A DNA stretch of 61,875 nt, the filler included, from Jimgerdemannia flammicorona (Eukaryota), in the NCBI GenBank assembly GCA_003990765.1. It is 3 parts of 3 records of this genome, joined end to end, with 100 filler letters (N's around TTAATTAATTAA, not from the genome) between each part and the next. Parts side by side here need not be neighbours in the genome. Positions count along the whole stretch, not along the records: positions 1 to 20,564 come from RBNJ01001651.1; positions 20,665 to 41,220 come from RBNJ01001652.1; 1 more part is not named here. One strand, written 5' to 3'. Of the stretch, positions 11,172 through 21,065 are shown one piece after another. The number at the start of each line of letters is the position of its first letter. The stretch's first letter is position 1. The position numbers and the translations under genes are program-made. The notes under the pieces are model-generated. The model made no database searches. It worked only from the letters and a program-made list of their open reading frames with translations, and was not told where the DNA came from.

Positions 11172-13600
11172 ATAAGTATATTTTCAAGTTTGTGAATTTA
11201 TATTTACTAGTATATACTTATTTAGCATATACTTATTCTTTTATATAATTATAGCTAGGTTATATTATCTGGTCTGATATTTTACTAAGAACTTTCAACA
11301 AAAGAGAGTATAAGAAAATATATATAAAATAGCTCAGGATGATTAATAAGGTTTATAACCATATTGATCTACTTGAGATTGAAAAAAACAGTTTATAATC
11401 TATGTAAAGATATTGACTCAGATGAAGATAACAAGATAATCAACATCTCCAATATTCTTCTTTCATTAAATAAGAATGATCTAATCTAAAAGAGAGATGA
11501 GCAGAATATAGAAAAGAATATATAGTAAGAGAAACTATTTATAGAAGAAGAAAGTATTTATAAAAGAGAAGTATCTATAGAGAGAAATGTTCATGAGAGT
11601 GTTTGTAAACAAAAAAAGAAATAAAATAATCTTTTTTGAAAAATTTACCTTATGTTTATCTATTATTTACAAGCTATTCATATCTATAGAATATAAGTTT
11701 ATGCTTATATTAAAGAGTTCATATCTGTTGAATATTAGTTCATACTTATATTAAAGAGTTCATATCTATCATTAATGAAAAATATTTATATCTATAGCAA
11801 ATATTGGAATATATATATATATATTCCTATCTGTAAAATATATTTGAGTTTATAATATACTATTATGAATATATACTAAAATTTATAGATCTTTGACAAA
11901 TATACTTAGAACTGAATTATTTTTTCATGATAATGAAATAAGTTTATATCTATAGCAAATATTTGATATATATATATATATTTATCTATAAAATATACTT
12001 AAGTTTATAATATACTATTATAAACATATATTAGAATTCATAGATCTCTGATGAACATACTTAGAACTAAATCATTTTTTTGTAATATAGTTTGAGTAAT
12101 AAGTTGATAGTGGTCTTTTTTCAGATACTATTATCTCAAGAATAATATAATATATATATATATATAGTTGTTCTTTTTATAATATTACTAAGATAAATAA
12201 ATTTGATAACTAATCTGTTAATTAATAATCTTAATAGAGTTATTACTAGATCTTTTATAATAATTTTCAGTAGACTCAATGATCTTAATAGTGGGTTTAT
12301 AATAGTACTAGGGGCTACCAATATCAGACTCAGATATTTCTTTAATTACTTTTCTGGATTAGAATAATATATTAGGAACTTTACTAAGTTCAATAGTCTA
12401 TAGTTCAATATTAAATTATTTTTACTTATATATAGAGGACTTAATAGTAAAGATGGAATTTTCACTAATTGGTATAATATTTCTTATAATTTAGGAAAGT
12501 CTTAGCTTTGTAGTAGAGAGAAAGTTTAAGAAATATTCATTTATAGCTTTGATGGATTCTTATATGTATTTCTTATAAAAATAACTATTAACTAGCTTTT
12601 TGAACTCTTTTTTAATATCTTTAATATAGATAACTTCTTTGTTAGATATTATAAATATATTGAATACTTTTTATATAGTCTCATTGTTGAGCTTATTGAA
12701 TTTCTCTTAGCTGATATGGGTCTCAGTTTATTTAGTAATAATTCTATTGACTTCTTTAGTTTAGTTCTAGAGAGTAGTCAGGTTGAAGATATTTCTTAAT
12801 TATCACTATTAGTATTAATAATACTGAGTAGATTCTTGTGAGATTTTTTGTATTTATAGTAGATTTTTAAAAGAGCTTACTTATATAGATAGAGAAAACT
12901 TCTACTGCTATCAAATTATAATACATAAAACTATATACTAATAGAATTAATATATTACAGATAATTTAAGATAACTATCAGCCCTAAGTTCTGAGTTCTA
13001 TAAAAAAAGTACTAAGTTTTAAATACCTATTACTAAGATATAGTTCAAGTATCACTTTTAGGTTCTTGTATTAGGTAGAGATATATACTATACTTATACA
13101 TATCATATATTAGTTGATCAGTCTTAAAATTATTAATAAGTTGGATCTAAAAGTTCTTAATAAGAATACTTCTTTATTCTTAAGAAGAGAAAGTAGAGCT
13201 AAGGTTACAATATACTCAGTACAGAGAATATTTATATAGATTTAGAATATAGTATATTAGATATATCTACATATCTACAGTTATACTATATATAGTATCT
13301 ATGACTATTATGTTGAAATTTCTATTATAAATTTTATTGTAATTTTTATTAATATTTCTATTATAAATTCTGTTGGAAATTTCATTATAATTTTTAGTAA
13401 CTTATTATTATATAATGAATTATTATAAGAGCTTACTAATAAAAAACTATTAATTAAAACTATTAATATAAAATTATACATATGAAAAACTATTAATAAA
13501 ACTTACTAATATAAATATATTGATAATAAAGACTTATTAATAGATATAAACTATAATGACTTAATTAATTTTTATTTTATTAATAAATATTTACATATTA
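11172..13600. repeat. Extremely AT-rich, CpG-free decayed repeat region with local duplications
   Basis: No CpG seen. Internal tandem duplications at ~11695-11770 and ~11775-11930 vs ~11930-12080; TTATTAATA-like units at 13400-13560. No family assignable by eye. Confidence 0.5.
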
Positions 13601-14432
13601 TTATTGATAGAGGCTCAATGATATAGGATAGAGAACTGTTGATGATCAATGGACATGGTCAGTTAAAAAAGCAAAAAACGACTTTTTTTTATCATTAATG
13701 TGTGACTGCATTCGTGCTAGAGGCACTGAAGAAGTCACGGGAACAAGAATCGAGTCTTCTGGGTCCGAAGCACGGACATAACCTGTTGAAATATACTTAT
13801 CCTAGCAAAAACATAACCTGTATGAAATATCACGCAGAATTTTCCGAAACTCTGCAAATTTATCAATACTGCTCAAGGATTTCTGAATGGTTAATAATCC
13901 CCATGATCAATAGCGGTGAGCATGAGCGATGAGCGACGGTTGAAGCTGATTTAGATAGCAAACAATACGCACGGAGGATCTTCCTCTGGGCTTTGCTGGA
14001 TGTAGCTGCCTTTAGGGGCCTTGGTGGCTTAAAGGTTTAGGGTCTTCGGGTCTTAGGGACACCAGTTGGACATATGATTTAAAGCATTGGTCCCGAAAGT
14101 CACTTAGGCAGATGTCAATAGAATGAAATCGGAGTTTCCAAACTATCATATTAACATAAGACACCCCCGAGAGTTGGGGGAGCGTCCATTGTACATATTT
14201 CTCGATTATGCGAGTTTAGCAAAACAAACAATAACATATGCTCAGGGTTATTGTTAAACCGCCCGCGTGCGAAAGCTCATTTCGTGTTTAGGAAATAACA
14301 TCGGCAAAGCACTTATTATATTGACCATTACAATAGTCATCGCTGGGAATATTTATGCAATTCTTGAGAGGTTTGGATGCGGCACTTGAATTATTACCTG
14401 AATATTGTGACCCGACTTACTTTTAACATGAA

Positions 14433-14579
14433 GGAAGGTTGCCGACAATAATCGAATTATTCCACCAGGGAGGAAGGTTGCCGACAACAATCGAATTATT
14501 CCACCAGGGAGGAAGGTTGCCGACAACAATCGAATTATTCCACCAGGGAGGAAGGTTACCGACAACAATCGAATTATTC
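14433..14579. repeat. 39-bp minisatellite, 3.8 copies
   Basis: ggaaggttgccgacaacaatcgaattattccaccaggga starts at 14433, 14472, 14511 and 14550 (partial); only two substitutions among copies. Confidence 0.95.
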
Positions 14580-15365
14580 ACAAGTACCATAAACAAACAT
14601 TTGGTAATTCTAAATTGAATTCCCCAACATCGATCTCGGCATTGACGATGCGTGGTTACACATATAAGTACAACCGCTCTTTTGCTTTTTATCCAACTAA
14701 CCATGGATACACAAACGTATAAACATGTCAAGTTCACAATTTTTAGTGGTTGAGAAATTTCATGCATGCGATAAATAGAGGGTATAGAAAGTGTTTCCAA
14801 CAATGTTATAATAATTCCATCTCTCCAGAGTAACAGTTAATTGATAACGGATTGTGATTACCGAGTCATTGGTTGAACCGTGTGGCGTAAGTTCAATAAA
14901 GCGTGAGCGTACATTTAAATGCTATGACAGAAAGCCTGTCACACTGCGGATACCTAATTGTGGGATTTTTTTATTTTTTTTTTATTTTTTATTTTTACGT
15001 AAAGCAATACAAATACTACGAAATTCGGCTATTAGCACGCGATTCGGATATGCGGATGATCTAATTGCTAAAGGGCCCATTAATTCAATGAATTTAAGCC
15101 TCATTGGGAAGATTTCTGTTGAACAATGCTTGTGTGGACTGAGTTATGGTTGTTATTTTTGTCAAGCCAACTATAAATGACCACAGTTGATTCCTTTTGT
15201 AACAATAAGGACTTGTAGACTCCACCGCAATAACGCCACCATCCAACTCATAAATAAATATAGCTAAAACGCTTCGTTAGGCCATGCTTGTTTTGAGCTG
15301 AATCATATGCGGGCTGTTCCGTTATCTAAGGGGAACATTTGGTCATGCGTGAAATTCATTAAAAA

Positions 15366-15366
<1 letters not shown>

Positions 15367-15400
<34 letters not shown>
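15367..15400. repeat. (AAC)n microsatellite
   Basis: About 11 AAC units. Confidence 0.95.
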
Positions 15401-15763
15401 TAGTTGGGCTATGCTCGCTTAGCGCCGGATTGTTTGGTTTGCTTTGTTTATTCCAATCCAAAAAAAAAAATAAAAACCAATTGTGCGATCGCGCTCGATT
15501 GTATGCATGCAGGGAGATTTTGTCGATTGCTTCAAACCACGCTGTTGAAGATAAAACAAGGTACACGCAATAAAAAAAAAAGGGTCACATTGGGCGTTAT
15601 TCTTGGAAGAGTGTATCAATCAATGCTCGAAATACTTCAGTTTGGTTAAAAAGTCCCAATTTGGAAGTCGGCCGGAATCTTGCCGGTGTGCGGTGTGTGA
15701 CATCATCCCAGTGAAATTACCGATGCCGAAGGTTACTTTTTGTACAAAAAAAAAAAAGAAAAA

Positions 15764-16149
15764 TTTGTTGCCACAGGGTCTCCCTTCAGCTATGGCTCTT
15801 TATTTAATTTATTCCTTGCCAGATATTTCAGTCAACTCTAAACCACTATGCATGCTAGGACCTTTGGTGCAATAATTTCTTCAATGCGACGGGAATGAAA
15901 TAATTGCAAACGAGGAAACCCACGGGGTTGGTCCCAATTATTATACAGATGAGTTGCTAATTATAAAATATATGTGTATTCCAAAAGAAGACTTTTGTTG
16001 CCACAGGGTCTCCCTCCAGCACAGCTCTTTATTTAATTGATTCCTTGCCAGATATTTCAGTCAACCCTTAACCACTGTGCATGCTAGGACCGGGGTTGGT
16101 CCCAATTATTACACAGATGAGTTGCTAATTATAAAACATATGTGTATTC
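15764..16149. repeat. Tandem segmental duplication (15764-15981 vs 15994-16149) with a ~60-bp indel
   Basis: tttgttgccacagggtctccct...gcatgctaggacc[indel]ggggttggtcccaattatta...tatgtgtattc occurs twice. Confidence 0.9.
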
Positions 16150-16910
16150 TGCGCCACGAAAAGCTTCGGTACAAGTTCGTGTCTAGAGACACTTGACTCA
16201 TTGAGTCGCAGTAAAGACGCAACTAGACCTAAGTGAATTAGCCGATCTTTGTGAAGCCATTGAGCCCCACGGCTCTGGAAAACAATGTGGTGACTTTTTG
16301 CAATTTCTAAGTGAAGAAATTCCGGGAATGTTTTGAATTAGGGCAGCTACGGATTCAATTGAGTCAGACTTGCTGACGATCTACGTGAATGCCGCGCCTT
16401 GTGGGGTATTCCCCAATACAGCATGCCTTTGCTCCAAATCTGTCCCTTAATCTGGATCGACACTGCGCCCTGAAATGGCTCGTTCTTCCCAGGCCCTGAG
16501 TGCTAGCCCACGGAACCTCATAAGTCGGATCTTTTCCGACCTGCCTAATTTAGCCTATTTTGCGCTCTTTTGGAAATATTAGGAGGAGTGGCGTTACACA
16601 CCTAGGTGCGGACGACATGAATGAGGTTGTTACACAGAGTGGCGGTGTGTTGTGTTGTGTTGTTGGTCATACAGGTTGAATCCTCCGGACACGTCGGGAT
16701 CAGGGCATGCTAGTGAATCCTTTCGACTAGCGTTGTTGCAAAGAAGCGCATGATCTAGTGCATCACTGAATTGCTCACAACGTGTTGTGGCTGTGACGCG
16801 GACTTTGTATCGAACTGCGCACGTCGATCCTTTCGACCGAAATAGAGTGAGAATCGGATATATATCGCGGCAGGCCGTCATTGTGGGTTTACCAGCTCTC
16901 GAACAAAAAA

Positions 16911-17258
16911 ATGAGTTCAATAAACTTTCGATCTCAGCCGCCCGCGTGGGACAGCAAAAACTACCCTGAACCAAGGGAGAGGAGGACCGAAGAAGTACAA
17001 ATCGTTCCCGACAACAGAGTGCACCAGGTTTGCTGGCTGTTTGCTCAATCAAGCGGGTGGGTTCCTTTCGATTCACACAACGTCACCTCGATCGAGACTT
17101 GCTGGAATGATGGCATATCCACAACTCAGCTTGTCGATTCCCACTTCGTGGGACGAATCTCAGTGAACTTGGAAGGAGAATTATTCTTGCAGGCTTCTGG
17201 GACCAAGATTTCTATCCTTCGCGCTCTCGTTTCAAACTTTTATGTCTCTTTCATGTAA
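16911..17258 (+). CDS. Small WWE-domain-like protein (~115 aa)
   Basis: VCWLFAQSSGWVPFDSHNVTSIETCWNDG matches the W...GW.PY/FD....IE..Y/W..G WWE pattern. First ATG at 16911; additional exons are possible. Confidence 0.6.
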   Translation: MSSINFRSQPPAWDSKNYPEPRERRTEEVQIVPDNRVHQVCWLFAQSSGWVPFDSHNVTSIETCWNDGISTTQLVDSHFVGRISVNLEGELFLQASGTKISILRALVSNFYVSFM

Positions 17259-18464
17259 ATAACAGCATGGACGCATTTTGCGGATGGAACTTTAAACAAG
17301 ACTTGGCTATATCATTGCCAGTCTTTTATTAAGATTAACTGTTTAAATTTGTTGCTATATATGCTTCCCATGTCAATTAATACCTATGCATTTACTTTAC
17401 ATATTGTTGAGTCGTTTTATTGCACTATATAGATCAAAATCTGTTCATAGATCCGGATTGTCAAGGAGACGGCGTTGTGGAAAATTATTTCCTTATGAAT
17501 ATCTCATCCTAAAATAAACTGCAACTGCCATCTAAAACTACACAAATTGCTCTGGTAAGGCAATATTTTGGATTGATACATTCAATATCTCCTAAATATT
17601 TTGCAACTACCACAGATCAGAACACTAATTTTTGATACATAATCAAACCCAATAAGTCACATTCTTCCTCATTCAAACCAACTCACCATCGCAATACTCA
17701 TCACACATCCCCGACTGTGAAGAAGAATAAAATAAATATAAAATATAAAATAAAATAAAATAAAATAAAAGGGAGGGGGAAAGCGAAAATGGCGCCTTCT
17801 CAATACTCGGCAATCGTAATGATCCCCAAAAATTGTCCGTTCACCACATGAAACCGCGGTTGAACCCCGAAGTGGTGCACATATTGGTAATGTGAACACC
17901 ACGTTGTAGACGAGGACGAGGCACAGTGACGTAAGGTGGGGCACCTCGGGATTCCACAAACTCCGCGTGCGCTAGGTTGCTTACGAGAGACATTGGGAAG
18001 TGTCCGAATCGCTCAAATGAAAATTGCGCCGATAGGTGGAGCTGCGCCTTCCGGCATTATGACGGTCTCTGGTCGATTACAGTTAAGGTCCCTTTATTTA
18101 TTTGCAACAATATGCAGGTGCTGCGCATGCGGGTAAAGTTCTCGGACTGGAGACAACATGGTCCATTAAAAATGCAGCTAATATTTTGGCAGCATACAGT
18201 AACTACTCGTGAAAGCACAAGTAACCATATTCTGTTAACAAAAAATACTGACAGCGGCGAAAGTTTGGCACTCTCAATTTTCCCACTTGAGAACAGCGTA
18301 ACAAGGAATGGTGCATCAAAGATGTAAGTTGGGGCAACGGATTTGGTTTACTGGAGATAGCTATTTGTCCGTATAAGGGATGGAACCAAGCTGATCTAAC
18401 TATGGGTTTCCGCAATGTGACTTCTCTTTCTCCGGCTGAGACAGCAAAAAAAGACCACAAAAAG

Positions 18465-18511
18465 GGGCACCACTGGGAATTGAACACGGGACCTTTCGCA
18501 CCGAAAGCGAG
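18465..18511 (-). pseudogene. Truncated 3'-half copy of the adjacent tRNA-Pro gene
   Basis: The reverse complement ctcgctttcggtgcgaaaggtcccgtgttcaattcccagtggtgccc covers the anticodon arm to the 3' acceptor strand, with the anticodon changed TGG>TCG; no D arm or 5' acceptor strand. Confidence 0.85.
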
Positions 18512-18610
18512 GTTTTGGGTTTCCGTTCTGTGACTTCTCTTGCTCTGATCGTTTACCCAGCTGAGTGAATCGTAGGACAGCAAAAAAGACCAAAAAGTAA
18601 AAATAAAAAG

Positions 18611-18682
18611 GGGCTCCACCGGGAATTGAACCCGGGACCTCTCGCACCCAAAGCGAGAATCATACTACTAGACCATGAAGCC
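18611..18682 (-). tRNA. tRNA-Pro: tRNA-Pro(TGG)
   Basis: GGCTTCATGGTCTAGTAGTATGATTCTCGCTTTGGGTGCGAGAGGTCCCGGGTTCAATTCCCGGTGGAGCCC: cloverleaf with A/B boxes, followed by a T5 Pol III terminator. Confidence 0.95.
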
Positions 18683-19898
18683 ACCAAAGATTGACGATAT
18701 AGAAAAGTCAATAAGAATATATTTTTTAATCTTGAAATTAGCAGTCTTAAACCCACCCGTTTCGGATATTACACGGCCATCGAGTGGCTCGTGGCTTGGT
18801 CTGTCCACCGATACATCGAGTGGCTTGTGGCTTGGTTTGCCATACCATCGGATTCAGTCCCGTTTCGTTGTGTTGCGACATATGTCACCATCCTTAACGC
18901 CCAACGTCAAACTTAATCTGCTGATATTAAAAGTACAGGTTGCACCATCCAACTGCTGTACGACCAACGGCCCCGAATATCCGAGCCAGAAATCCGAAGT
19001 TTGCATCGTTCGTTCCCAACGTCACGATCCCCTTCGCACGCTCACCAGACATCCCATCGATGGTGTGATTCCAAGGATTAGTGTCCAATCTACTCGGATA
19101 TGAGACCGAAGGGCAGGGCGGGCGGGCCGAGTTGTTAATCGATCTGGCCGTTGACAATTTAGGCGTGGGACATGGTTATTACTAAAAGATGTTTGCTTCG
19201 AACGAGAGGGAACCATGTACAGTATCACTCTGGCTATTCATCCTAATATCAAAATATCAACATATTGTAAGCTTTGGGAGCGCCACTTATCGTCAGCGAG
19301 TGGTAATGCATTTCCCACTCGTTCATCATTGGCCGCCGATCGTTGAGATTGGCTACTCGACGTAAACCATCCGCAAACCCTATTTGTAGGTCGGCTTACT
19401 CATTCCGGGATCAACTTTCATAATGGTATTCCGCTAGTTATATTGTATTCGATTGATAGCACAAAGGACTGGTGGGACTTGTAGTGGATTACGTCCACAG
19501 AACACATACCTGCGTATAGACTAGATCATCGAATCCGCAAAGCATGTTTCCAGATCCTAGCCAAATCTCACGAGAATCAGATAATTACATCAAGACAGTT
19601 ATTATTATTTGTCCACTCATAATGCGGCAAACCGCAAGACGATATACCATGATATATCTATGATAGATTGACCCTCGGAGAGACCTTATCGCATGCGAAT
19701 AAAATCGAAAGAAACTTAGCAAAGCAGCTCTGTCGACTACGTGATCTCGTATCGTCAGTATTTAAGGGCGATGGTGCATAAGATGAAACCGACAGAATTG
19801 AGGCATAATAAACAAAACCCAAACCGTAAATTGTTCATGGACTCACACCCGCATGATATAAATGGCCTTTACTATACAACCCATCACCTTTTTACCCA

Positions 19899-20455
19899 TC
19901 AAATATTCTCTCCATTACCCCCCAACATGCCAACACCTGGCATATCAATTGGATTGGCGAAGTTTGGTGTCTCGTGGTCATGACGGCACTCTTCCCACAG
20001 GCTCATCCTGTAGAGAGTCACCATGACGAGTAGGTGCAGCAGCATGGAGTAGACGATGAGGAAGTTGCGCGACCACCGGTTGGCGAGGAAGAGGCGCGTC
20101 AGCGACAACGTCACCTTATCGGCCGGGTTGAGCGCGTTGTAGCGTCGCGACTCTTCCTGCAAATTGGAATTGGGGCGGCCGGTTGTTTGTTCAGTACCCT
20201 TAAAACATTACCCCCCGCCCCGAAAACGTTCTCTCCCACCGGGTACGAACAAACCTTGCGATGGAACTCAGCGAACGGGTTCATGCTCTCCTCGTAAATC
20301 CTGCCGTACTTGTCCGCCGGATCCTCGCCGGCCCCAGGACGACTCCTTGATGACGAAGCGGTCGTGTACGCCGACGACGCCGCTGCGGTAGCCTTGTTCG
20401 TGTTGCGGTATGGCGACGCCGCAATATCGTTGTCGTTGTCAGACGCTCCCGCCCA
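19899..20455 (-). CDS. COY1: CASP/Coy1 golgin, last two exons (20255-20455, 19899-20156); 5' part lost at the assembly spacer
   Basis: Spliced translation KYGRIYEESMNPFAEFHRK|EESRRYNALNPADKVTLSLTRLFLANRWSRNFLIVYSMLLHLLVMVTLY is the CASP C-terminal domain, with the conserved Tyr/His in the TM helix. GT-AG intron at 20157-20254. Confidence 0.85.
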
Positions 20456-20564
20456 CTGGGATGAAAGAATCGGAGTGAGACGTGGATTTCGACGCCAGGT
20501 AACAAGGTAGCACGCGCAAGTTCCCCTCTTAATAACAATATATTACAGGCCACCATAAAAAAAA

Positions 20565-20664
20565 NNNNNNNNNNNNNNNNNNNNNNNNNNNNNNNNNNNN
20601 NNNNNNNNTTAATTAATTAANNNNNNNNNNNNNNNNNNNNNNNNNNNNNNNNNNNNNNNNNNNN
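20565..20664. other. Assembly spacer (44 N + TTAATTAATTAA + 44 N)
   Basis: The 12-mer has stops in all six frames; an identical structure occurs at 41221-41320. Confidence 0.97.
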
Positions 20665-21065
20665 ACTGTTTCCCAATGATGTCTTCTCACTTTCTCGAAG
20701 TCGGTAGGGGTTACTCCTCTCAGGTGGTCTATCGCTGCTTCATCTTCTCGGAATAACTTGTGGATCCTTTTGGCAATAGTGATCTGTGAGTGGGAGAGTT
20801 GACACTCGGCAATCCAGTCCTCCTTGGTCTTTGCTGGATCCTGATTGAGCACCTGTCCAAGCTTGAAGTACTCTTGGAACTCTGTGCGATATTGATAGGC
20901 TCTAAAGTGTGAGATCTGAGAGAGATGAGTCTGCACAATACTCTGAATATCCTCATAGTATAGCTCTATGGTCAGAGGCTCGGTGGTATGCCATTGTCTT
21001 TCGATGGCTCTTTGGGCAGCACTAGTGATCTTGAGTGTCATCACGGTACTTTTGTTACTGGCCAT
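20665..21065 (-). CDS. Accessory ORF downstream of pol, unknown function (open until the gap)
   Basis: The ATG overlaps the end of pol. About 134 uninterrupted codons; QEYFKLG...IAKRIHKLFR...IDHLRGVTPTDF resembles the LTR-embedded ORF. Confidence 0.75.

Noticed and set aside
14433..14579. CRISPR-like array
   Set aside because: The units abut with no unique spacers, there are no cas genes, and the context is eukaryotic; it is a minisatellite.
18465..18511. Functional tRNA-Arg(TCG)
   Set aside because: It lacks the 5' half; it is a mutated partial copy of tRNA-Pro.
20609..20620. TTAATTAATTAA palindrome (also 41265-41276) as a biological site
   Set aside because: It is centred in symmetric 44-N runs, i.e. 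an artificial six-frame-stop linker. Adjacency across the spacers was not interpreted.
20665..21065. env gene
   Set aside because: No signal peptide or hydrophobic segment in the visible part, and the similar LTR ORF has no TM helix.
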